Of a stretch of 64,000 bases of DNA, positions 1-9,169 are shown in pieces. Below the pieces are notes generated by a model that did not search any database, had not been told where the DNA came from, and saw nothing but the letters and a program-made list of their open reading frames with translations. This stretch comes from Candidatus Multivoradales bacterium (GTDB lineage Bacteria; Acidobacteriota; Thermoanaerobaculia; Multivoradales; JAHEKO01). Numbering within the stretch: the first letter of the stretch is position 1; each line of letters opens with the position of its first letter. A program made the position numbers and the translations under genes. The stretch spans positions 896,001 through 960,000 of the forward strand of contig CBDFIJ010000004.1 of NCBI GenBank assembly GCA_965248055.1, written 5' to 3'.

Positions 1-343
1 CAACATTCAGCACCAGCACAGAGACGATCCACCAACGAATCAAGGGAGAGCTCGCGGCGGGGTCGGGATACCGCAGATACAGCCACGGCAACATCACTAA
101 CCAACCGAAGTGCCCGAGCCCTAGGAAACGGACAAATCCCAGGCGGCTAAAGAGCAACATCTGAGCTACCGCACCGAGAAGGAAAAAGCCGAGGACGACG
201 ACCGCTTCAACTTGCGATTCCCCAGATCGAAGCAACAAAACCAGCGGCAGAATCAAATTGGCGAGCACCAACCCGCCGACCCAGATCACCCAATGTGTCG
301 GCATGCGCAGGAGGCAGCGGATGAATAGGAACATGGACCGCAT
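1..343 (-). CDS. Hypothetical integral membrane protein (3' end runs off the window)
   Basis: Manual translation from ATG at 343 (MRSMFLFIRCLLRMPTHWVIWVGGLVLANL...). GGAG RBS upstream; several hydrophobic helices; frame open to the window edge. Confidence 0.75.
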   Translation of the reverse strand, partial: MRSMFLFIRCLLRMPTHWVIWVGGLVLANLILPLVLLLRSGESQVEAVVVLGFFLLGAVAQMLLFSRLGFVRFLGLGHFGWLVMLPWLYLRYPDPAASSPLIRWWIVSVLVLNV

Positions 344-468
344 CTAATCTCCGTTAGGTTCGCTTGATGTTCGACACGCGGCACCGAGGTTCATCAAACG
401 CGCCATTTCTTTCGCGCCAAGAGCCATCTCCCGGTAGGATAGAATCTTTGGAACACTGGGCACTTGAG

Positions 469-1518
469 ATGTCATCATTTCTAATTAAATCGTACCGGAC
501 ATGTCTTCTATTTACGACGCTAGCCTTTGTTTGGCTCACCCCAATCGTCGTTGCGCAGCCGATCGCAGATAACACTCATATCCCGAGACTGGCGGGCGGT
601 CGTAGTCAGTTTGTTCAGCAGGGTCAGATACTTCATATTCCGAGCCCCGGAAGCGCAGCCCAGGAAGTGCTCTTATTGCCACAAATGCGGGTAAACACAG
701 TCGCTCAGCAAGGCACGGAGACTTGGATCAGCGGACGCTCCAATGCTCAAGACCTCAATGGCCTGTTTGTCGCGTCGATTGGCGCGAACGGCCAAATTAT
801 CGTGCTTCCGACTCCTCCAGACCGCGAACAACCCAGGGGAGCTCCAACTTTTCTTGTGGACCAGGGCAAGGTAACAGGATTGGTATGGCTTGAAGGCGAG
901 CGTCAGGAGACTCTTAGTATCCGGGCTTCGCGATGGAACGGGACGGCTTGGAGCCCGGTGGAGGTAATTTCGCCCAGCCGCGGAAAGGAGCAAACCGGCT
1001 TGACAGCTACCGTCTTGACAGACGGCTCATGGCTTGTGGTTTGGGCGGCGGTCGACACCGACGATGATCTTTGGTGGAGCCGAAGAACGCGCCAAGGATG
1101 GAGTGAGCCGCAACGACTGCATTCGGACAATGACGTCCCAGACATCACTCCGGCCCTCATTTCGGTGCCGGGTGGAGCCCTAGCAGCGTGGAGTCAGTAC
1201 GATGGTAACGACTACCGCATCAGACTAGCCAAGCTACAACGTAGTCGATGGACGACACTTCCGCTGCGTACCGGCAAGGGCGCGGTAGAGCCCAAGTTTC
1301 TGTCTTTGGGCGACGCCATCGGGATTCTTTACAGTGAAGTCATTCCAGAGGCCTGGACCCTGGTACGCCTGAACCCTGACGGAAGTTCAGTTGGCCGCCG
1401 TTCGATCGAAACCACCCGTAGCGACAGACCTCTTATCGTCGAGACGCAGAACCGGTTCACTGCTCGTTGGCTGGAAGAGCAAAGCGAAATGCAAACCACA
1501 GCCGACCCAGAGCCATGA
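469..1518 (+). CDS. Exported hypothetical protein with repeated Trp-containing beta-strand motifs (beta-propeller-like)
   Basis: ORF 364..1518, with likely start at ATG 469 before a signal-peptide-like segment. Repeated 'W..RW.G..WS..' motifs. ATGA overlap with the next gene. Confidence 0.7.
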   Translation: MSSFLIKSYRTCLLFTTLAFVWLTPIVVAQPIADNTHIPRLAGGRSQFVQQGQILHIPSPGSAAQEVLLLPQMRVNTVAQQGTETWISGRSNAQDLNGLFVASIGANGQIIVLPTPPDREQPRGAPTFLVDQGKVTGLVWLEGERQETLSIRASRWNGTAWSPVEVISPSRGKEQTGLTATVLTDGSWLVVWAAVDTDDDLWWSRRTRQGWSEPQRLHSDNDVPDITPALISVPGGALAAWSQYDGNDYRIRLAKLQRSRWTTLPLRTGKGAVEPKFLSLGDAIGILYSEVIPEAWTLVRLNPDGSSVGRRSIETTRSDRPLIVETQNRFTARWLEEQSEMQTTADPEP

Positions 1519-3299
1519 CTTTTCGCCGTGCATTGGCTCCGAACTCGGTCGCTTTCGCAATCGGCCTGGCCTATTTGCTGTGCCAAACACCTACCATCGG
1601 CCAGACATTCAACTACCTAGCGTTTGGCGACAGCATCACCTGCGGACGTGGGGACAGCGTTGAATGCAACTACACCAGCCCCAACCCGCTCAACCCACAG
1701 ACCGGTTACCCTGGACACCTGCGAACCAAACTCGGCTGCAATGGAACCAACTGTGAGGTTTACAACTGGGGAAAACCCGGAGAGCGAACGGCACAAGCCA
1801 AATCTCGGCTTCCCGGCATCCTGTCTGGCGGAAACTACGACGTGATGTTACTGATGGACGGAACCAATGATGTATTCGCCAACATCTCCAACACCACGAT
1901 CCAGACAAACCTGGGTTTGCTCGACGACATGGCGAGAAACTCCGGGGTCGACACAGTCCATGCATCGATCGTTCACTTTGATCCCGATAGTAGTTCCGGC
2001 AATAGCCAAGACGCAGATGTCGCTAATCTCCGAACCAAAGTTATCGCGTTAGCCAGTAGCCGCAACCGTTACTTTGCCGATCCATGGACCCCGCTGTGTG
2101 GCAGCCAAGCTTGTTTCGACGCTCATTACGTAAACCCAGCCGGAGCAGTCGGCCACCCGGACAACTCTGGGTATGCATTGCTTGCAACTGCGTTCGAGAG
2201 CGTGATCGAGCAGAATCCGGTTCCTGTAGCCCCTACCGCGCAATCGCCCAACGGAGACACTGCGTCAACAACGACCACCTGGGATAGCGTTGCCAACGCG
2301 ACCTGGTATCAGGTGCAGTGGGACGGTTCTCCCAGCAAATGGCGAGAGAGCGATGCGGCCTGCGGCGGCGGCTCCTGCAGCTACACCATTTCAGGATTAG
2401 CTCCAGGTGCCCACACCTGGAGAGTGCGCGCTCGCAACCCACTTGGGCGTAGCGGCTGGAGTGCCACCAAGAACTTCAACCTGTTCACCTCATCGCCTAA
2501 CGTACCCACGCCCATTAGCCCACAGGGAGACTTCTACACCAATCCTCCGACCGAATTCCGCTGGAGCGACGAAGCCACCGACACCAATGGCGCCTCTGGG
2601 TATCGTCTAAAGATTCTGTTTGAAGGCAATCCACTCTACGAGCAAGATGTAACTCCAGCCTGCGCCGCCAACGAATGTAGTTTCGATCCCGGCATCAGCT
2701 GGAATGAGGGGGATTACTCCTGGCAGGTACGCTCCTTCAACTTAGCAGGATCGAGCGCCTGGTCAGCAAATACTCTTTTTTCCTTTATTAACACCGTCCC
2801 CGGCGAGCCGCTACTGGTCTATCCAACGATGGATACCTTCGACACCACTCCACCCTTCCAGTGGATGGATTCGCTAGACGCTGACCAGTACCGTATCCAG
2901 GTATTTAACAACTCTGCCGTCCTGGTGATCAATGAACTTCTAACCGCCTCCACTGTTTGCACTGGAGCTACCTGCATCTACTCGCCAGCGGTGGCCTTGG
3001 CAACCGAGGCTCACACTTGGAGGGTGCGCGGGATCAATCCGGTCGGCGCAGGAGCCTTTTCGGCGACCAAGGCCTTCACCGTCCTTGCCTGTTCAAACCC
3101 CGTCGATCGCACGATCAGCAACACCACGGTCAGCGGCAGCACTTCAGAGTCCGCCTGTGAAACGCTCACCGCCGAAACCGCTTACGTTGTGGCTGGGCCA
3201 AACGGCGACTTAGAACTGCACGCAGGAATCGCAGTTATTCTGGGCAATGGATTTACGGTTGAAACAGGGGGCAGCTTAACTTGCCGCACCGACCCCTAA
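1515..3299 (+). CDS. Secreted SGNH/GDSL hydrolase with about three FN3/Ig-like repeats and a C-terminal beta domain
   Basis: SGNH blocks FGDSIT, WGKPGE, DGTND and GHP. Repeated 'W.VR..N..G...WS' FN3-like modules. N-terminal signal peptide. Confidence 0.85.
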   Translation: MTFRRALAPNSVAFAIGLAYLLCQTPTIGQTFNYLAFGDSITCGRGDSVECNYTSPNPLNPQTGYPGHLRTKLGCNGTNCEVYNWGKPGERTAQAKSRLPGILSGGNYDVMLLMDGTNDVFANISNTTIQTNLGLLDDMARNSGVDTVHASIVHFDPDSSSGNSQDADVANLRTKVIALASSRNRYFADPWTPLCGSQACFDAHYVNPAGAVGHPDNSGYALLATAFESVIEQNPVPVAPTAQSPNGDTASTTTTWDSVANATWYQVQWDGSPSKWRESDAACGGGSCSYTISGLAPGAHTWRVRARNPLGRSGWSATKNFNLFTSSPNVPTPISPQGDFYTNPPTEFRWSDEATDTNGASGYRLKILFEGNPLYEQDVTPACAANECSFDPGISWNEGDYSWQVRSFNLAGSSAWSANTLFSFINTVPGEPLLVYPTMDTFDTTPPFQWMDSLDADQYRIQVFNNSAVLVINELLTASTVCTGATCIYSPAVALATEAHTWRVRGINPVGAGAFSATKAFTVLACSNPVDRTISNTTVSGSTSESACETLTAETAYVVAGPNGDLELHAGIAVILGNGFTVETGGSLTCRTDP

Positions 3300-3364
3300 G
3301 TCAAATCCCTTATTAACACCTCGATCCCCTCTCAAACAGTCATATCATCCGCTGCGGAGAAATC

Positions 3365-4615
3365 GTGACGGTCAATCTCAGGGATATTCAGCACGCACGT
3401 ACGCGCATTCGCGAGCACATTCGGGAAACGCCCTGCTTGCACTCCCCTATCCTCTCTGAGGAACTGAGCTCGGAGATCTACCTCAAACTGGAGAGCCACC
3501 AACTCACCGGCTCGTTCAAGACCCGCGGTGCATTCAATCGCTTGCTGACGCTGGCTGCGGACGAAACAGCGCACGGTGTGATCGCCGCGTCGGCGGGTAA
3601 CCACGCCCAAGGGATCGCCTACGCGGCAGCGCAGACCGGAAGGCAAGCACACATTGTGATGCCCGAAGCGACACCTCAGATCAAGGTCAAGAGAACCAGA
3701 TCCTACGGTGCACAAGTCGAGCTATTCGGGGCTAGCTTCGACGACGCGGTGGAACGGGCCAGCGCCATAAGTGAAGAAACAGGGGGGCTAGTGGTTTCGG
3801 CGTTCGACGATGCAGGAGTGATCGCCGGACAAGGAAGCCTGGGTTTGGAACTACTGGAGCAAGTGGCCGATCTCGAAGCAGTGGTTTTCCCGGTCGGCGG
3901 CGGCGGTTTGAGTGGAGGCAGCGCAATCGCGCTCAAGGAATCCAACCCGGCAATCAAGATTTACGGAGTGCAGACCGAGGCTTTTCCGGCAATGCACGCA
4001 AGTTTTCACCAGGGGGAATTGGTTTCTTTTCCGGGGAAACCATCGATCGCCGATGGCATTGCAGTCAAACGCCCTGGCAAACTGACCTTCCCCATCCTCA
4101 AGCAGTATTTGGATGGCATGGTCCTGGTCTCGGAGTCGGAGATCGAGCACGCCGTCTTTGACCTCCTGGAGAGTGGAAAGGTGGTCGCCGAAGGAGCCGG
4201 GGCTGCCGCCTTCGCCGCCCTATGTACTGGCAAGATTCCACAACTGGTCGGTAAGAGAGTCGCAGTGGTGATTTCTGGAGGCAATATCGACCTCAACTTG
4301 CTTACCCGGATCATCGACCGCTCTTCGGTCCGTTTGGGCCGCATGGTGCGCATCGATGTCTCAATCTCCGACCGACCGGGCTCGCTGGCTCGTCTGCTCA
4401 ACGTGGTCGGCAGCGCCGAAGCCAGCGTGCTCAAAATCCGTCATCGGCGCGCCTTTGCCGAGACTGGCAGTTGGGGCACCGAGGTCGAGTTGACCCTCGA
4501 AATGCGGGGACCCGATCACGTCGAAGCGCTGATGGAGCAGCTCACTGATGCGGGCTTTGATCGAGTGCGTCGGGCGGGGGTGGCGCTGGCGTCGGGAGCG
4601 GCGGCTCCGGACTAA
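3365..4615 (+). CDS. ilvA: Threonine ammonia-lyase with C-terminal ACT domain
   Basis: PLP lysine motif TGSFKTRGA, SAGNHAQG, PVGGGGL, ISGGNID; ACT motif DRPGSLARL. Confidence 0.93.
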   Translation: MTVNLRDIQHARTRIREHIRETPCLHSPILSEELSSEIYLKLESHQLTGSFKTRGAFNRLLTLAADETAHGVIAASAGNHAQGIAYAAAQTGRQAHIVMPEATPQIKVKRTRSYGAQVELFGASFDDAVERASAISEETGGLVVSAFDDAGVIAGQGSLGLELLEQVADLEAVVFPVGGGGLSGGSAIALKESNPAIKIYGVQTEAFPAMHASFHQGELVSFPGKPSIADGIAVKRPGKLTFPILKQYLDGMVLVSESEIEHAVFDLLESGKVVAEGAGAAAFAALCTGKIPQLVGKRVAVVISGGNIDLNLLTRIIDRSSVRLGRMVRIDVSISDRPGSLARLLNVVGSAEASVLKIRHRRAFAETGSWGTEVELTLEMRGPDHVEALMEQLTDAGFDRVRRAGVALASGAAAPD

Positions 4616-4708
4616 CAAGCAAACCTCGGCCTGCTTTTTCGGAAATTAGGCCCCATCCAGACCCTTCGGCTCGCAGGACTCGCTCAGGGTGATGATCTTC
4701 GCGCTAGA

Positions 4709-5272
4709 ATGCGCCCGAAGATCACCATGTTTACCCGCGAACCAGCAACCCTGCAACGAGACACGGCGGCGATCCAGATTCCCGACGGCACCTGGATCAA
4801 CTTGCCCAAAGATTCGGAAGTCGTGATCACCCAACAACTGGGGGGCAGCTACACGGTCATGACCCAGTACGGAGCTCTCTACCGCATCGACCCGGAAAAC
4901 GCCGACGCCTTGGGCAAAGAGGCGCCGAAGAAAGACCAGCAGCGAGACGACCCCAGCATTCCTTTGACCGAACGGGTTTGGGCGCAAATGGCCAAGTGTT
5001 ATGACCCAGAGATCCCTGTCAATATTGTCGAACTAGGACTGGTCTACGATGTCTGGGTGGAAGACGAGAGCGATGCCGAGAAGCGAGTTGGGGTGAAGAT
5101 GACCTTGACCGCACCGGGTTGCGGCATGGGGCCAGTCTTGGCTCAAGATGTCCGTCGCCGGGTCGAAGAAATCCCTGAGGTCACCCACGCCGACGTCGAG
5201 ATCGTCCTGGATCCACCATGGAATCAGAACATGATGAGCGAAGCCGCACGGCTGCAACTCGGGTTTCTGTAG
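4709..5272 (+). CDS. sufT: Fe-S cluster assembly protein SufT (DUF59 with N-terminal extension)
   Basis: ITQQLGGSYTV, YDPEIPVNIVELGLVY, MTLTAPGCGMG, MSEAARLQLG. Confidence 0.9.
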   Translation: MRPKITMFTREPATLQRDTAAIQIPDGTWINLPKDSEVVITQQLGGSYTVMTQYGALYRIDPENADALGKEAPKKDQQRDDPSIPLTERVWAQMAKCYDPEIPVNIVELGLVYDVWVEDESDAEKRVGVKMTLTAPGCGMGPVLAQDVRRRVEEIPEVTHADVEIVLDPPWNQNMMSEAARLQLGFL

Positions 5273-5297
5273 AGATTCTCTTTCCGAAAAAAAAGGG

Positions 5298-7763
5298 TTA
5301 ACGCCCGGTTGAAATAGGATCAAGGATCGGCGGGTAGTCCTCCGGTGCGAAATCCCGTACCAAGTTGTAGATCGCCAGCAGGATGTCTTCGCGGTTCGGC
5401 TTGGAGAAATAGTCGCCGTCGGTTCCGTAGGCCGGTCGGTGGGAAGAAGCGGAAATCGTCTTGGGCGGCGAATCCAACCACTGAAAAGCCTGCTGACGTT
5501 CCACCACCTGCTGCATCATGTAAGCGCTAGCGCCACCGGGAACATCTTCATCGACAAATACCACCCGATTGGTGCGCTCCACCGACTTGCCGATCACCCG
5601 GTGTAGATCAAAGGGAAGCAATGTGCGTACATCAATGACCTCAGCCTCGACCCCCATGGCAGCGAGATGCTCTGCGGCATCCAGCACGATCGGGCAGCAG
5701 GCACCATAGGTAACCACCGTTACGTCGGACCCCGACCGGAGAATTTCGGGAACCCCCAGGGGCACCGTGGCTTCGCTCAGGTTGTTCGGTATTCTTTCTT
5801 TGTTGCGATAGGCGTTGAGAACCTCTACCACCAGCGCCGGGTCGTCCCCCTGGAGCAAGGTGTTGTACATCCCAGCGGCCTGGGTCATGTTGCGCGGCAC
5901 GCACACCACCATGCCACGCAGGAAGTGGACCAAGCCACCCATTGGCGAACCGGAATGCCAAATTCCCTCCAGGCGATGACCGCGGGTACGAACGATCACC
6001 GGCGCCATTTGTTTGCCGCGGGTGCGCCAGCGCAAGGTCGCTAGGTCGTCGGACATGATCTGCAGCGCGTAGAGCACGTAGTCGAGATACTGAACTTCGG
6101 CAATCGGACGCAGCCCGCGCATCGCCAAGCCGATCGCTTGGCCAAGGATGGTCGCCTCGCGAATCCCGACATCGCTGACCCGGCCTACGCCGTACTTCTC
6201 CTGCAGCCCCGCCATCCCCTGGTTGACATCTCCTAGCTTGCCAACGTCTTCGCCAAAGGCCAAGACTCGGGGGTCACGCTCCAGCACTGCGTCAAAAAAA
6301 CCGCTGAGTACCTCGAAACCCTTCACCAGCGGACTGTCGGCGTCGTAGGTGGGTTCGACCACCGGCACCCGCAGCGGCGAGGACTCCGATTCGCAGTACA
6401 AATGATCTGCATAGCGGGCTAGATTTTCGTCGTGGTGCCGCTCTCGCCAGCTAAGCAATGCTTGCCGAGCCACTAGAACCTCTTCACCTCCTGAGGTCAC
6501 AGAATCGGTTCCGCTACTTGCGGTAAGAGCCAATGCCGACACAGCGGCCTGCGCCAGATCCTTGCGAATCACCACCTGCTTGCGCTCCAAACCGGCGATC
6601 AGATCTTGGATTGGCTGGTTCGGCTGGGGGACGACAAGACCGGCAAGCAGTGGAAGCAACTCGCTCCGCTCTCGATCCAGCTCGCCCTGGAATGACTCCC
6701 AGGCCGCCCGTTGAGCGCTGCGCACCGCGTCGCGGTCTTCTTCCTCCATCCGCTGTAACTCACCATCGGTGACCAGACCCCGATCCAGAATCAAACGACG
6801 CAAATGGGGCAGACAGTCGGCTTGGTGCTCCCACTCCAAGCGCTCCGCTGACTTGTAGCGCTCATGACTACCGGAAGTGGAATGGCCTTGCGGCTGAGTT
6901 AGCTCCACCACATGCACCAACGCCGGGACATGCCCTACTCGCGCATCATGAACCGCTTCTCCATAGACCTCGAGTAGGCGATCGTAGTCCCATCCGGGAA
7001 CGCGAAATATGTTGTAGCCAGATCCTTTTTCGCCCTTGGCAAATCCGGCAATGATTTCGGACAGGTTGGACTTGGTGAGTTGATATTCGTTGGGCACCGA
7101 AATGCCGTAACCATCGTCCCAGATCGAGATCACTGCCGGGACTTCCAAAACCCCTATGGCATTGACCGATTCCCAAAATACACCTTCAGCACAACTCGCG
7201 TTGCCGATACTGCCAAACGCGACTTCGTTGCCAAAACGAGAAAACTTCCCTTCCGGGTCCAGATTGGGAAACTCGCGGTAGACCTTGGATGCTTGTGCCA
7301 GACCCACTAAGCGAGGCATTTGGCTGCCGGTCGGCGATTGGTCTGCTGACGAATTAAATCGATCGGTCTGGCGCACAAACTCACCGTGCTGATCCACTAA
7401 CTCGGTGGCGAAGTGAGCGGTCATTTGGCGCCCGCCGGACCAAGGTTCTCTTACTGGGTCTGAATCTGCGTAAAGTTGCGCGAAAAACTGCTGCAGGGTG
7501 ATCGCCCCGAGCGCCAGCATCCAGGTTTGATCCCGGTAGTATCCGGAGCGAAAGTCTCCTGGCCTCACCTGCTTGGCCAGAGCAATCTGCGCCAGCTCCT
7601 TGCCGTCGCCGAAGATTCCGAACTTGGCTTTGCCGGTCAAGACCTCGCGCCGCCCCAAGAGACTCGCTTCCCGGCTGCGCACAGCAAGTCGGTAGTCTTC
7701 GACCAAACTGTCAAGCCGCGATGGATGAAACGATCTTGTCAATTCTTGGCTGCTCTCATTCAT
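5298..7763 (-). CDS. 2-oxoacid dehydrogenase E1, fused alpha and beta subunits
   Basis: GKAKFGIFGDGKE, GHSTSGSH, FGEDVG, IREATILG and the transketolase C-terminal motif EVIDVRTL. Confidence 0.9.
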   Translation of the reverse strand: MNESSQELTRSFHPSRLDSLVEDYRLAVRSREASLLGRREVLTGKAKFGIFGDGKELAQIALAKQVRPGDFRSGYYRDQTWMLALGAITLQQFFAQLYADSDPVREPWSGGRQMTAHFATELVDQHGEFVRQTDRFNSSADQSPTGSQMPRLVGLAQASKVYREFPNLDPEGKFSRFGNEVAFGSIGNASCAEGVFWESVNAIGVLEVPAVISIWDDGYGISVPNEYQLTKSNLSEIIAGFAKGEKGSGYNIFRVPGWDYDRLLEVYGEAVHDARVGHVPALVHVVELTQPQGHSTSGSHERYKSAERLEWEHQADCLPHLRRLILDRGLVTDGELQRMEEEDRDAVRSAQRAAWESFQGELDRERSELLPLLAGLVVPQPNQPIQDLIAGLERKQVVIRKDLAQAAVSALALTASSGTDSVTSGGEEVLVARQALLSWRERHHDENLARYADHLYCESESSPLRVPVVEPTYDADSPLVKGFEVLSGFFDAVLERDPRVLAFGEDVGKLGDVNQGMAGLQEKYGVGRVSDVGIREATILGQAIGLAMRGLRPIAEVQYLDYVLYALQIMSDDLATLRWRTRGKQMAPVIVRTRGHRLEGIWHSGSPMGGLVHFLRGMVVCVPRNMTQAAGMYNTLLQGDDPALVVEVLNAYRNKERIPNNLSEATVPLGVPEILRSGSDVTVVTYGACCPIVLDAAEHLAAMGVEAEVIDVRTLLPFDLHRVIGKSVERTNRVVFVDEDVPGGASAYMMQQVVERQQAFQWLDSPPKTISASSHRPAYGTDGDYFSKPNREDILLAIYNLVRDFAPEDYPPILDPISTGR

Positions 7764-7766
7764 GCT

Positions 7767-9116
7767 CTAGTTCGGCTCCGCGATCGTGCCGTTCCCAGCC
7801 GCAACCGAGAACGGATTATCGCCCGATGCAGACAGCAACTCTCTCAGCAGCGCGATGTTCATCCGATGGCCAGACCGTTCTGCGGTGACCTTGCCACGCA
7901 CCGGGTAGCCCAGCAGGTAGAGGTCACCAATGATGTCCAGCACTTTGTGGCGGGCAAATTCATTTTCAAATCGGAGCTCGGTATTGAGCACTCCTTCGTC
8001 GCCGACCAGGATGCAGTTGTTCAACCGTCCACCAACCGCCAAACCCAGCTCCGCCATCATCGCCAAGTCACTCATGAAACCAAAAGTCCGGGCCGAGGCA
8101 ATCTGATCGGTGTAGTGATCCGCACCGTCGAGTTCAAATGCACAAGTTTGGTCGCCCACCGGCGGCGGGTAACTCAATTGATACCCGACCGAGAATCCGT
8201 CGTAGGGTTCGATGCGCAGGCGGCGATCTCCATCTTCGATTTGGTAGGCCCGGTCAATTACGACTTCGCGACGACCGACTGGCTGATCCACCACCTCAGC
8301 CTTGCGGATCGCCTGACAAAACTCGGCGGCAGAACCGTCCAACACCGGGATCTCGCCGTTAACCCGAACCATCAGGTTGGTAATGCCAAATGCATGCAAC
8401 GCCGACAGCAGATGCTCGACCGTCTTGATGTGCTCGCCGCCGCCAGAAACCGTGGTCGCGTAATTGGTATTGGCGACGCTGCTGACGTGCGAAGGGATCA
8501 CGCTGCGCCCTGGGATGGTCATGAAATGAATGCCGGTATCGGGCGGCAAAGGGTGCATCGTCATTGCCGTGTCTTGTCCGGAGTGCAGGCCAATCCCCGA
8601 GAGTACGGTTGACCCCGATAAGGTGCGCTGAGGGCGATCACTACGCTCTATCAAGGAAAACACCGGTGGTGAGCGAAATTTTTCAACCGCACCAATCTTC
8701 ATGGCTCGTTGTTCCAAGGAACGGCGCAAACTATCGTCGGCAGAAACCTGGAGGGCGAAGCCAAATCCCTGATTGAGTCGTTCAACAACGCTGTGGAGCG
8801 AGAGGGGCTTCTCCAAGTAGTCTAAGGCACCCATCTTGATTGCCGAGGCAGCGGTCGAGGTCGTCCCGTGCCCTGACATGACGATCACTGCGACCGCGGA
8901 ATCGATCTCCAGAAGCTCTTGCAAGGTCTCCAGGCCGTCTCGATCCGGCAGCCAAACATCCAGGAAGGCAACCCGCGGGCGGTGCTCTCGATACAGGGCA
9001 AGCGCTTCTTCGCTGCTTCCGGCACACAGCGGCTCGCATCCTTCGTCGCGCACAATTTGCGCCAAGGTACTACGAATGCCCGGTTCGTCATCAACGATCA
9101 AAACATGGTTGCTCAT
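7767..9116 (-). CDS. lpxC: Response-regulator receiver domain fused to UDP-3-O-acyl-GlcNAc deacetylase LpxC
   Basis: Receiver motifs IVDDE, FLDVWLP, MSGHG, LEKP. LpxC motifs QRTL, GIGLHSG, TVEHLLSAL, EIPVLDGSA, ARTFGF, HKVLD, SGH. Confidence 0.92.
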   Translation of the reverse strand: MSNHVLIVDDEPGIRSTLAQIVRDEGCEPLCAGSSEEALALYREHRPRVAFLDVWLPDRDGLETLQELLEIDSAVAVIVMSGHGTTSTAASAIKMGALDYLEKPLSLHSVVERLNQGFGFALQVSADDSLRRSLEQRAMKIGAVEKFRSPPVFSLIERSDRPQRTLSGSTVLSGIGLHSGQDTAMTMHPLPPDTGIHFMTIPGRSVIPSHVSSVANTNYATTVSGGGEHIKTVEHLLSALHAFGITNLMVRVNGEIPVLDGSAAEFCQAIRKAEVVDQPVGRREVVIDRAYQIEDGDRRLRIEPYDGFSVGYQLSYPPPVGDQTCAFELDGADHYTDQIASARTFGFMSDLAMMAELGLAVGGRLNNCILVGDEGVLNTELRFENEFARHKVLDIIGDLYLLGYPVRGKVTAERSGHRMNIALLRELLSASGDNPFSVAAGNGTIAEPN

Positions 9117-9169
9117 GCTGGTTACGATCCTTCTTAGCGCACTTCTTGAGTAGACCCACGGAAGGCTGA

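Noticed and set aside
7476-8612. 378-aa plus-strand ORF
   Set aside because: Antisense shadow of lpxC/E1 with no recognisable motifs; expected in GC-rich DNA.
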